Assembly: GCF_030028105.1 (NCBI RefSeq)
Contig: NC_092379.1
Coordinates: 21,057,309 to 21,121,308 of the forward strand
DNA length: 64,000 nucleotides
DNA from: Mobula birostris
Taxonomy: Eukaryota
Direction of reading: 5' to 3'
Positions 36,030 through 48,060 of this stretch are shown in pieces. The position numbers and the translations under genes are program-made. How positions within the stretch are numbered: position 1 is the first letter of the stretch; every line of letters begins with the position of its first letter. The notes below the pieces were generated by a model. It had not been told where the DNA came from. It did not search any database and was given only the letters and a program-made list of their open reading frames with translations.

Positions 36030-36410
36030 ACCCAGATCCAGTTCCCCTCTTCACCCCAGCACCCTGTGACTCACCCAGATCCAATTCCCTTCTTCACCCC
36101 AGCACCCTGTGACCCTCTCAGATCCAGATTCCCTCTTCACTCCAGCACCCTGTGACCCACCCAGATCCAGTTCCCCCCTTCACCCCAGCAGCCTGTGACT
36201 CACCCAGATCCAGTTCCCCTCTTCACCCCAGCACCCTGTGACACACCCAGATTCAGTTCCCCTCTTCACCCCAGCACCCTGTGACCTACCCAGATCCAGT
36301 TCCCCTCTTCACCCCAGCACCCTGTGACCCACCCAGATCCAGTTCCCCTCTTCACCCCAGCACCCTGTGACCCGCCCAGATCCAGTTCTCCTCTTCACCC
36401 CAGCACCCTG
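36030..36410 (+). repeat. 43-bp minisatellite, about 9 copies, in the J-CH1 intron
   Basis: The unit ACCCAGATCCAGTTCCCCTCTTCACCCCAGCACCCTGTGACYC starts at 36030, 36073, 36116, 36159, 36202, 36245, 36288, 36331 and 36374. Confidence 0.95.
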
Positions 36411-38024
36411 CTGTCAGTTTGATGGGTGTTTTTATAAAGACACAGAGGTACACTGATCCAGACAGAACTGTACTTACCACCTGCTGGTCCCGGGATGTAA
36501 AAGATCCTCAGCTGCAAATCTCACCGACTGACATTATTGTGCCTCCTGCACTGCCAACACTAAGCAGCTCAGGGAACATCTGTGGGTGAGAAGCAGAGTT
36601 AATGTTTCACATCAATGACCTTTCACCAAACTCGGTCAGTCTGATTTTTGGCAACTACGCTGTTTCAGGTTTTATTTTATTGAATTTAATTTGATGAAAA
36701 CAAGTGTTTTTCATTGACTTCTGTAACCCCAGAACATCCCAGAGCCTTTCTGATCCCAGCAAGTACTTCTGCAGTGTGTCACTTCATATGCGGGACTAAA
36801 CATCCAACTTGTCTGCATCTTGTTCCCACAAACTGAACTACAACATGACAATCTAGTCTGGGTGACGTTGGAAGGGAATGGTCACTTTTAGCCTACAATT
36901 CCTAAAGCTCCCCACCACTGGGAACTCCTGATCTGAATCCTGATTGTGCAGTAGATGAATAGACAGACACTATTTGGTTGTAAATCGTCCAAATGGTCCC
37001 AGGTCCTTGGTGCAGCAATTCCGTTGTTTTCAGGGGTTAATGTCGATAAAGAGCAGTGAGGATCCTTAGACCTCAGCTGACCAGCCAGTTCCTGAGCTGC
37101 TGTGTACCTGGGAGGCTGAGGATACTGTGGTTTGAATGGTGCTGGCTGTAGCTGGCAGTCTGAACGAGACAACTAGTGATCAGTCACTTACACTGGAGTC
37201 AGTATCACAGTTCCACAGACCACTGTTACCCAGGATTTACTGAGGGACAGATGCCTCCAGAGCTGTCACCACACTCTACCACATGGCATCGGGTCCTGCT
37301 AGAAGTCCCAGGATAATACTGGGAAATCCACCTCCACAGGCTGGACCTGACAAAGGATCTCATTTCCTATTCATCTGACTGGGGATTCTGAGCCTTGGGA
37401 AGGGATTTTGTCAGGAATGATTTCCGGCTGATTACTATGTTTTAATGCATTTCAGATTTATTATTTTAAACAAAATATGCTGGATTAATTGTTGCATCAA
37501 CTTTAATGTTTCCCAGACATTCCAAACCTGTTAAGTTACATGACAGCATTGACACAAGACAATCCACTCCCCACAACTGCCAAGCGTCAGGGTGTTCTGG
37601 ACTCAGAGTCCCAGCAGGGTGCTGCTTGAGGCTATTTAATGCTCAGGCCCCAACACTCCTCAATGCAAGCCGCCAGCATCCAGCAATCCAGCGAGGTCCC
37701 ACCTTTCCCTGTGTAGGAGTGAGGGGAGAGTCCCAGCAGGTTAGAACCAGCACCATTCGGCCCGGTCTGTGTGGACATGGTCCAGTTGGCACCATGCCCT
37801 GTGCTTTCTCTCCTGTGACACTTCACCCACAGCACAGGTCAGCTTGTCCCGCTGTTTCACAGAAGTTGTGTCCCCGATGGGGAGTCTGACATCAGCATTT
37901 CACTGGTTGTTTCAGGCTCAGTCTGAAAGGAATGAGAAAGGGTCAATTTCTCTGCTCTGCCTGTCCTGTCAACCTGAATCGCCTGTGTTTGCTCAGGAAG
38001 GCAAATGTTCTGAGTTCTGAGCTT

Positions 38025-41000
38025 TTGGATCGGGACTACAGAGCATCGTGGGAACTGAATTCTGAAGGACGGCAGTTTTTATTTAAACTTCTTCGAGAGC
38101 AAGAAAAACGAGACTGCGCAGGCGCGTGACTTCAACAGGACAGCGCGGAGAGATTAAAAAGGAAGGTTGCTACCAACGACTGTCTTTTGGATCGGGACTA
38201 CAGAGCATCGTGGGAGCTGAATTCTGAAGGAAGGCAGTTTTTTTTAAAGCAACACACATCAAAGTTGCTGGTGAACGCAGCAGGCCAGGCAGCATCTCTC
38301 GGCAGAGGTACAGTCGACGTTTCAGACCGAGACCCTTCGTCAGGACTAACTGAAGGAAGAGTTAGTAAGATAATTGAAAGTGGGAGGGAGAGGAGGAGAT
38401 CCAAAATGATAGAAGACATCAGAACATTGACTTCTCTAACTTCCGCTAATGCCCCACCTCCTCCTTGTACCACACCCGTTATTTATTTTTATACACACAT
38501 TCTTTCTCTCACTCTCCTTTTTCTCCCTCTGTCCCTCTGTTTATACCCCTTGCCCATCCTCTGGGTTTCTCCCCCCCCACCCCCGCTTTGTCTTTCTCCC
38601 TGGGCCTCCTGTCCCATAATCCTCTCATATCCCCTTTGCCAATCACCTGTCCAGCTCTTGGCTCCATCCCTCCCCCTCCTGTCTTCTATCATTTTGGATC
38701 TCCCCCTCCCCCTCCCACTTTCAAATCTCTTACTAACTCTTCCTTCAGTTAGTCCTGACGAAGGGTCTCGACCTGAAACGTCGACTGTACCTCTTCTTGG
38801 AGATGCTGCCTGGCCTGCTGCGTTCACCAGCAACTTTGATGTGTGTTGCTTGAATTTCCAGCATCTGCAGAATTCCTGTTGTTCTCAGTTTTTTTTAAAA
38901 AACGTCTTTAAGTGCAAGAAGAACGAGACTGCGCAAACGCGTGAGGTCAACAGGACAGCACGGAGAGTTTAAAAAGGAGACCACACTCTACAGCGGGCAG
39001 CAGAGTGAGTGGGAGCAGAGTGTAGGGCTTTGGCTTTAACGGGCTTCGGCGGTAAACGGGAGGGGCAAGAGCGAAGCCCCAACTCTTTTTTTTCTCTCGC
39101 CCCCCCTTCGCGAATCGGCCCGGACAGACAGGAACAGCAGGGGTCTCACAGCTAACGGTACGAGCTAACGGTTTAAAAAGTTCGTCTGTTTGGCGAGGTA
39201 AGTGGGTGAGTAGACTTATTTTTCCTGTTTCATTCCTGTAGAATTAGATTGCATGCCTGCAGGGTTAGTGCTTTATTCAAGGTGTCAGATGTGGGAATCC
39301 TGGGAGACCTCCAGCCTCCCTGATGGCCACATCTGCGCCAGGTGCACCGAGATGCAGCTCCTCAGAGACCGTGTTAGGGATCTGGAGCTGCAGCTTGATG
39401 ACCTGCTGCTTCTCAGGGAAAGTGAAGAGGTGATAGACAGGAGCTACAGGGAGATAGTCATGCCTAGGCTACAGGAGTCAAAAAAACTGGGTCACTGTCA
39501 AGAGAGGGAAGGGAAATGCCTGGATAGTGGAGAGCACACCTGTGGCTGTCTCCCTCAGCAACAAATATCTTGCTCTTGATGCTGTTGAGGGGGATGACCT
39601 GACAGGGGACGCCCATGGTGACCAGGTCTCTGGCACTGAGCCTGGCGCTGTTGTGCAGGAGAGAAGGAGGGAGAAGAGGAATGCGGTAGTCATAGGGGAT
39701 TCCATAGTCAGGGGAACGGACAGGAGATTCTGTGAACCTGATAGAGATACCCGCATGGTGTGTTGCCTCCCAGGTGCCAGGGTACGGGATGTCTCGGATC
39801 GGGTCCTGAATATTCTGAAGGGGGAGGGTGAGCAGCCAGTTGTTTTGGTAATGTTGGTACCAATGACATAGGTAGGACAAAGGAGGAGGTCCAGGAGTTA
39901 GGAAGGAAGCTGAGAAGCAGGACCTCCAGGGTAGTAATCTCCGGATTACTACCTGTGCCATGTGCTAGCGAGGGCAAGAATAGTAGGATCAAGCAAATGA
40001 ATGCATGGCTGAGAGACTGGTGCAGGGGGCAGGGCTTCAGATTCTTGGATAATTGGGATCTCTTCTGGAGGAAGTATGACCTGTTCAAAAAGATGGGTTA
40101 CACCTGAACCCAAAGGGGACCAATATCCTGGTGGGAAAGTTTTAATAGAGCTGTTAGGGAGGGTTTAAACTAATTTGGCAGGGGGATGGGAAACGGAATG
40201 ACAGAGCGGAGGAAGGGGAAAACAGAAATAAATCTAAGATAGTGAGCATTAAAGATGTCAGGAAAGACAGGCAGGTGATGGGGCAAATTTGTAGCCATTG
40301 GGAGGAGTTCCAGTGCAATAAAGTTGCAGTGAAATCCAAGCGAAAAGTACCAAACACTAGTCTTAAGGTGTTATGGTTAAATGCATGCAGCATAAGGAAT
40401 AAGGTGGATGATCTTGTCGTACAGCTACAGATTGGCAGGTATGATATTGTGGCCATCACTGAGACGTGGCTAAAGGATGCATGTCTCTGGGAGCTGAACG
40501 TTCAAGGTTACACGGTGTACCTGAAGGATAGGAAGGTAGGCAGAGAGGAGGCGTGGCTTTATTGGTAAGAAATGATATTAATTCATTAGAAAGAGGTGAT
40601 ATAGGATCGGAAGGTGCAGAATCTTTATGGATTGAGCTTAGAAATTGCAAGGGTAAAAGGACCCTGACGGCGGTTGTTTATAGGCTGCCAAACAGCTGCA
40701 GGGATGTGGACTACAAATTACAACAGGAAATAGAACAGGCTTGTCAGAAGGGCAGTGTTATGATAATTGTGGGGGAATTTAACATGCGAGTGGATTGGAA
40801 AAATCAGGTCGGCGCTGGATCTCAAGAGAGAGAATTTGTAGAATGACTGCGAGATGGCTTTTTAGAACAGCTTGTTGTTGAGCCCACTAGGGGATCGGCT
40901 GTACTGGATTGGGTATTGTGTAATGAACCAGAGGTGATTAGAGAGATTGAGATGAAGGAACCCTTAGGAGACATGATTGAGTTCACTGTGACATTTGAAA

Positions 41001-43238
41001 AGGAGAAGCCGAAATCTGATGTGTCGGTGTTTCAGGTGAGTAAAGGAAATTACAGTGGCATGAGAGAGGAACTGGCCAAAGTTGACTGGAGAGGGACACT
41101 GGCGGGAAAGACAGCAGAGCAGCAGTGGCTGGAGTTTATGCGAGAAGTGAGGAAGGTGCAAGACAGGTATATTCCAGAAAAGAAGAAATTTTCAAATGGA
41201 AAAAGGATGCAACCGTGGTTGACAAGAGAAGTCAAAGCCAAAGTTAAAGCAAAGGACAGGGCATACAAGGAAGCAAAAATTAGTGGGAAGACAGAGGATT
41301 GGGAAGTTTTTAAAACCTTACAAAAGGAAACTAAGAAGGTCATCAAGAGAGAAAAGATTAACTTTGAAAGGAAGCTAGCAAATAATATCAAAGAGGATAC
41401 TAAAAGCTTTTTCAAGTATATAAAGAGTAAAAGTCAGGTGAGGATAGATATAGGACCGATAGAAAATGATGCTGGAGAAATTGTAGTGGGAGATAAGGAG
41501 ATGGCAGAGAAACTGAACGAGTATTTTGCATCAGTCTTCACTGAGGAAGACATCAGCAGTATACCAGACACTCAAGGGTGGCAGGGAGGGGAAATGTGCG
41601 CAGTCACAATTACGACAGAGAAAGTACTCAGGAAGCTGAATAGTCCAAGGGTAGATAAATCACCCAGACCAGATGGAATGCACCCGCGTGTTCTGAAGGA
41701 AGTAGCTGTGGAGATTGCGGAGGCATTAGCGATGATCTTTCAAAAGTCAATAGATTCTAGCATGGTTCTGAGAACTGGAAGATTGCAAATGTCACTCCGC
41801 TATTTAAGAGGGGGGCAAGGAAGCAAAAAGGAAATTATAGACCTGTTAGCTTGACATCGGTGGTTGGGAGGTTGTTGGAGTCGATTGTCAAGGATGAGGT
41901 TACAGAGTACCTGGAGACATATGACAAGATAGGCAGAACTCAGCATAGATCCCTTAAAGGAAATCCTGCCTGACAAACCTATTACAATTTTTTGAGGAAA
42001 TTGCCAGTAGGCTAGACAAGGGAGATGCAGTGGATGTTGTATATTTGGATTTTCAGAAGGCCTTTGACAAGGTGCCACACATGAGGCTACCTAACAAGAT
42101 AAGGGCGCATAGAATTACAGGAAAGTTACATACGTAGATCGAGTGTTGGCTGATTGGCAGGAAACAGAGAGAGGGAATAAAGGGATCCTATTCTGGTTGG
42201 CTGCCGGTTACCAGTGGTGTTCCACAGGGGTCCGTGTTGGGGCCGCTTTTTACATTGTACATCAACGATTTGGATTATGGAATAGATGGCTTTGTGGCTA
42301 AGTTTGCTGATGATACGAAGATAGGTGGAGGGGCTGGTAGTGCTGAGGAAATGGAGAGTCTGTAGAGAGACTTGGATAGATTGGAAGAATGGGCAAAGAA
42401 GTGGCAAATGAAGTACAATGTTGGAAAATGTATGGTTATGCACTTTGGCAGAAGTAATAAACGGGCAGACTATTATTTAAATGGGGAAAGAATTCAAAGT
42501 TCCGAGATGCAACGGGACTTGGGAGTCCTTGTACAGGATTCCCTTAAGGTTAACCTCCAGGTTGAGTCGGCAGTGAAGAAGGCAAATGCAATGTTGGCAT
42601 TCATTTCTAGAGCAATAGAGTATAGGAGCAGGGATGTGATGATGAGGCTCTGTAAGGCGCTGGTGAGACCTCCCTTGGAGTACTGTGGACAGTTTTGGTC
42701 TCCTTATTTAAGAAAGGATGTGCTGACATTGGAGAGGGTACAGGGAAGATTCAGTAGAATGATTCCGGGAATGAGAGAGTTAACATATGAGGAACGTCTA
42801 TCCACTCTTGGACTGTATTCCTTGGAGTTTAGAAGAATGAGGGGAGACCTTATAGAAACATTTCGAATGTTGAAAGGCATGGACAGAGTGGATGTGGCTA
42901 AGTTGTTTCCCATGATGGGGGAGTCCAGTACGAGAGGGCATGACTTAAGGATTGAAGGGCGCCCATTCAGAACAGAAATGCGAAGAAATTTTTTTAGCCA
43001 GAGGGTGGTGAATCTATGGAATTTGTTGCCACGGGCAGCAGTGAAGGCCAAGTCATTGGGTGTATTTAAGGCAGAGATTGATAGGTATCTGAGTAGCCAG
43101 GGCATCAAAGGTTATGGTGAAAAGGCGGGGGAGTGGGACTAAATGGGAGAATGGATCAGCTCATGATAAAATGGCGGAGCAGACTCGATTGGCCAAATGG
43201 CTGACTTCTGCTCCTTTGTCTTATGGTCTTATGGTCTT
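38025..43238 (+). mobile_element. Near full-length CR1 LINE (tandem 5' UTR copies, ORF1 esterase, ORF2 EN-RT) in the J-CH1 intron, sense orientation
   Basis: ORF1 CQMWE..ICARC plus IGDSIVRG esterase; ORF2 LWLNACSIRNKVD, IVGEFN, KFADD and ERVQGRFSRMIPG; tail CTTATGGTCTTATGGTCTT ending at 43238. Several frameshifts and stops. Confidence 0.9.
38249..38851. mobile_element. Penelope terminal-repeat insertion forming an inverted repeat (arms about 38249-38417 and 38681-38851)
   Basis: GCAACACACATCAAAGTTGCTGGTGAACGCAGC...ATGATAGAAGAC is the reverse complement of GTCTTCTATCAT...GATGTGTGTTGC. It sits inside the second copy of the CR1 5' UTR. Confidence 0.85.
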
Positions 43239-44469
43239 CACAGTCCCCAGTGTCACCTGGAAATAGTTCAAAACAATGCAGCTGTCATTACTGACCAGTT
43301 ACATTATATCGATTCCTATTTACTTGTTATAGTTATTGATTTATATTTATTCTATTTCAAACCCAGATTTCAATACTTAATGCCCTTCATCCCTGAATGA
43401 TAACCGTGAAGTGAATATTTCATTATTTTGCTCCTGATTGAAATTGCGACCTTCCCACCACTCGACTTCCTCTCCAAATGTTGAGTTTGCTGCCCTTCTG
43501 ATAGCAGAGTCAATCTGAAGCCTGTGTGTCTCTGTTGACCATCTTACTGTTTGACAACAAAGTCCTCATACACTGCAATTCACACTGTCTGACACATACT
43601 CTCCCGCTAGTCTCCTACTTCCAGAGCTCCTGCATGTTCTGCTGTGTCCACGCAGTCTTTTTGGGTGATTTTAACCTCATCCACCAGCAAGAATCTGTCA
43701 TCGACAGAGTCAATCATGAGGTAAATGATGTCACATCGGTGGGTCAGAACAAACCCCGTCCACAACACTGCTCAAGGTGATTCTGACAGCTGGTCAAACC
43801 ACATCTCCTCAATGTATCTACCTGTCAAAGCTATCAATTGGTCAATTAATTAATTGATCTTGGCACTTTTACCTACCTTGATAAGTCAACACGTCTCCTT
43901 TTCCAGTGAAATGAATTGGGAACCAGTGCTTTCAAGTATATTTTGCACGTTAAGTGGTTGGGAATTGCCACAACCTGCATTTCCTCAGTGAACTCTCTGG
44001 GCTGGTCATTTAGTGAGAATATCACCTGCATCTAACGACATTTTGAGATTTCTCCATCTGCCCAGGAATCTCATCGTCACTGTCGGTTGTGTTGTCCGAC
44101 ACTTCTCCACAGAGTCTGGGCTAATGTATTTCCACAGTTCCTCTGTCCTTTCTGATGCAAGTTACCATTCCCTCCCGGTTAGCCAGTAGTTTCCACAGAC
44201 TCAGTGGGGTTGGAATTCTTGCTCAGTCACACACGGTAAATATGTGAGGCAGTATCAGCTGTATCATGTCGTCTGTTGAGTTTAATTTCAGAAGCAGAGT
44301 TTATTTCCCAACCTCCACTATATTGCACACATACTGCTGGAGAATAGATACCACTATATCCACATGAGTCACTCCTCTCATCAACAGCAACACTGAACAG
44401 ATCAAAATTACTCTTCTAAATCTTACTTTTTTTGTAAACTCCGCTGATCAGGTGCTAACAGACTTCTCA

Positions 44470-45190
44470 GAATCAGGAATTATATTTGGATGTATTTGGA
44501 AGTTGGCTTGCAGTTACAATAGGTTATTGAGAAGGCAAAAAGAACATTGGCCTTCATTGCTGGGGGGATTGAATTCAAGAGCAGGGAGGTCATGCTACAA
44601 CTATACAGGGTACTGGTGAGGCCGCACCTGGAGTACTGTGGCAGTTCTGGTCTCCATACTTGAGGAAGGATATACTGGCTTTGGAGGCAGTGCAAAGGAG
44701 GTTCACCAGGTTGATTCAAGAGATGAAGGGGTTAACCTATGAGAAGAGATTGAGTGGCCTGGGACTATACTCTCTGGGATTCAGAAAAATGAGAGGAGAT
44801 CTTATAGAAACATATAACCTTTTGAAAGGGATAGATAAGATAGAAGTAGGAAAGTTGTTTCCATTGGTAGGTGACACTAGAACTAGGGGGCATTGCCTCA
44901 AGATTCAGGAAGAAGATTTAGGATGGAGATAAGGAGAAACTGTTTACCCAAGAGAGTGGTGAATCTGTGGAATTCTCTGCCCAGAGAAGCAGTTGAGGCT
45001 TCTTCACTAAATATATTTAAGATACAGTTAGATAAGTTTTTACATAGCAGGGGAATTAAGGGTTATAGGGAAAAGGCAGGTAGATGGAGCTGAGTTTACG
45101 CACAGATCAACCGTGATCTTATTGAATGGCGGGGCAGACTCGATGGGTCGGATGGCCTACTCCTGCTCCTAATTCCTATGTTCTTATGAC
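44470..45190 (+). mobile_element. CR1 3' fragment
   Basis: MRKDILALEAVQRRFTRLI..RGDLIETYNLLKG and RVVNLWNSLPREAVEA, with a TATGTTCTTATG tail. Confidence 0.85.
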
Positions 45191-45478
45191 AGATTGTCAC
45201 TTTGGTATTTTCACTGAAACCGACCAATTGGACATTGGGTCACTGCCTCAGTCCTGCACTGAAGTGTTGGCCTGGATTGTGAGTCCAAGTTGCCACTGTG
45301 GGATTCATCCACACCCTCCTACCTCAGCGACACAGACTCACAGCTGAGTTTTGAAGTGATAACAGCTTTGTTAAATGGGGTGAATAATTTTGAAATTTAC
45401 TGCTTTATATAACGTCCCCTTTCTCTGCTGATCATGCATATATTTAGAGAATCATCTGTGAATTTCTTTCCATTTCAG

Positions 45479-45790
45479 ATGTCAAATCCACACCATCAGT
45501 CTACATCACTTCTTCCTGCAACACAGAACCTGACCAAGGCATCAGTCTCGTCTGTCTGGTCAAGGACTATCAGCCTGAGAGCATCAGTCAGACATGGTCC
45601 ACTAACAGTGGGGACATCACCACAGGAATCAAGAAATACCCGGCGGCGTTGGGGCAAAATTCAAAGTACACGATGAGCAGCTTGCTTGAAGTCTCTGCGG
45701 CAGACTGGAAGAATAAAGTCTACTCCTGCAAGGCAGGGTACAAGCCAAACGAGATGGTGACAGCAGAGTGGCAGAAACGTCAACCTCAAC
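45479..45790 (+). CDS. IgW: IgW CH1 exon
   Basis: Acceptor TTTCAG|AT and donor C|GTTAGT; 312 bp, phase 1-1, open: DVKSTPSVYITSSCNTEPDQGISLVCLVKDYQPESISQTWSTNSG..KYTMSSLLEVSAADWKNKVYSCKAGYKPNEMVTAEWQKRQPQ. C1-set Cys/Trp plus the light-chain Cys. Resembles skate IgX CH1 rather than Cmu1 (from memory). Confidence 0.93.
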
Positions 45791-46017
45791 GTTAGTATCA
45801 GAAATAATTTATATTGAAAGCTGCAATGATGTCAGAGCATAAATCTGGAGTAGGAAGCTTTGTCAGATAATGTAGGAGCATGGTAACTAACTCCTTTATT
45901 CTGCTCTTACAACGACAGTGAGAAGATGTATGAAAGTCAATATGGGCAGTGAAACTCAGTATCAGGATCCAACCCCATTGTATCCACTCCATTGTCTAAT
46001 TTCAGGAGCCTCTCCAC

Positions 46018-46424
46018 CAGTGGTGCAGTGCTAGATGGAGTGCACCAGAGCATGTCTGGCACCTCTTTAAGAAAAAAGGTGAAATAAACAAGCTAATTAA
46101 TTAGGTGCCGCCCAGGGTGATTTGAGTATCTCAGAAACTGCTGATCTCCTGGGATTTTTATGCACAGCAGACTCTGGAGTTTACAAAGAATGGAGCCCAA
46201 AACAAAACACCATCCAGCGCGTGGCTGTTCTGTGAGCAAAAATATCTTGTTAAATCCACTGGCTGAATGTTTTTTTTGTGCATAAAAATCCCAGGAGATC
46301 AGCACTTTCTGAGATACTCAAATCACCCTGGTGGCACCTATTTAATTAGCTTGTTTATTTCGCCTTTTTCCTTAAAGATGTGCCGGACGCGCTCCAGTGC
46401 ACTCTGGCTAGCACTGCACCACTG
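46018..46424. mobile_element. Palindromic MITE (407 bp, arms about 148 bp) with 8-bp TSD CTCTCCAC, in the CH1-CH2 intron
   Basis: CAGTGGTGCAGTGCTAG... at 46018 is the reverse complement of ...CTAGCACTGCACCACTG ending at 46424. CTCTCCAC occurs at 46010-46017 and 46425-46432. The interior resembles the N-terminus of a Tc1 transposase (SISETADLLGF). Confidence 0.85.
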
Positions 46425-47078
46425 CTCTCCACCACCTCCTGCCAGAAAACCCTTCCTACAGATCAGCTCCTGTACACATACAGAGACCACTGGCCCATCG
46501 TGCCCCTGCACACAGAACAACAATTTAAACTTTACCCCACTCCTCCTGCACTTTCCCCTTCAGCTGCCCTTCTTCTGGTAAAAGCAATCCCTTGTGAATG
46601 TGATGTAGGAATCCACTGCACTGCCCTTCTTTAACCAGCTTCTCACAGATCTGAACAAGCCTTTGCAGTTACAACAAAATAATTTCCTCCTGTCCATCTG
46701 TTCTTTTTTCTCATTGAAAGTAAAATTGTGTTTCCCAAGCTTGCCAGTGGAAACAGTCCAACACCAAGTACTCCTGCTCACAGGAGCTGGTATCAGTCAT
46801 TCTCCATTAAACAATTAGATCATGGCAGGTCTGCACCTCAACCCCATGACCCACCTCTCTGCATTATCATAGCACAGTGGGACACACTGCTGGGAGGAGC
46901 AAGTTATACACCCAGCCCTCCCACTCACTGGTGTGAGCCATCAGATCATCAGATCGGCTGTAAATTAACAACATTCTTGAGAGGGCTGGAATTGGGGAAT
47001 TTGCCCGGGATGAGGGGGAATGAAGCCTAAAACATGGGCAAAACAATCATGTACTAACAGATATTAAATGTGTTACAG

Positions 47079-47378
47079 CTCCGAAGCTCAGCTCCCTTGT
47101 TCCATCCCGGGAGGCAATCCACAGTCAAGCAAATGCTGTCCTGGGCTGTGTGATATCTGGATTCTCTCCTGACAATGTTAAAGTATCCTGGAAAAAAACT
47201 GGATCTGCTAAAGAAGGCATCGTTCTCCCTTCCACTCCGAGATCTGGTGGTACATTTGAAACAATCGCTTACCTGACAGTGCCTGTGCAGGAATGGACCA
47301 AGAAACAGAAATATACTTGTGAAGTGAATCACGCACCTTCCGGTTTCTGTGGTCAGATCAACATGACGTATCGAGAGG
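47079..47378 (+). CDS. IgW: IgW CH2 exon
   Basis: Acceptor TTACAG|CT and donor G|GTGAGT; 300 bp, phase 1-1: PPKLSSLVPSREAIHSQANAVLGCVISGFSPDNVKVSWKK..FETIAYLTVPVQEWTKKQKYTCEVNHAPSGFCGQINMTYRE. Confidence 0.93.
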
Positions 47379-48060
47379 GTGAGTGATGTCTGAAGAAAAA
47401 TTAATTTAATTAAAGTGCTGAACTATTTAACTGATACTCCCAGACAATTTCTGTGCCTTCTGTCATTCTTGTTGAGTGATGTACAGATGATCTTTGCACT
47501 TTGAATCAACTCATATCACCAGCAGCTTTAACCCCCATCTACTGGGCAGGAAAGCTGTAAGATTAGGTCACCTGACCATTCTGTCTCAATAATTTTAGTT
47601 GTCTCTGTTTGTAGTTATAATGAAAATAAGTTAGTGAGCAAAGCTCACGTCCCATGCTTTACCATCTGGAGAAAATCTCCCCTTTCCCTTTTCATTGTCT
47701 TCTCAGTGTTAATTCCTCAAAAATATCTCTGCAATTTTGTATTTCCTTCAGTCTCCAGAGTCTGTTTCCCGTGTTTCCTGAGAGACTCTTCTGTTGATTG
47801 TCCACTCACTGAAATATAGGTGCCTAGATTATTTTTGAATTGATGTCCAATCCTCGAGTGAATGTTGTGACCTTGTGTCCTCAGATCCTCGGCCAGGTTC
47901 AGAGAGCACATGCATTTATCATGGCTGACATAACCTCATCCTGATAGGATGCGATATACAGAGGATAGAGAGTGGGAATATGTGGGGCTTCCTTTTTTCC
48001 AAGCATGGGAAAAGAGGTGAAAATATCTAACACTTAAATCTATGAATCTTCCAGTTCCAG

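Noticed and set aside
36030-36410. 43-bp repeat read as a CRISPR array or an RSS array (CCCTGTG is close to a heptamer)
   Set aside because: The units are head-to-tail with no unique spacers, the DNA is vertebrate, and there is no nonamer at 12 or 23 bp.
38187-38972. 261-aa ORF
   Set aside because: It is read-through across the CR1 5' UTR and the Penelope inverted repeat, with low-complexity Pro/Leu content.
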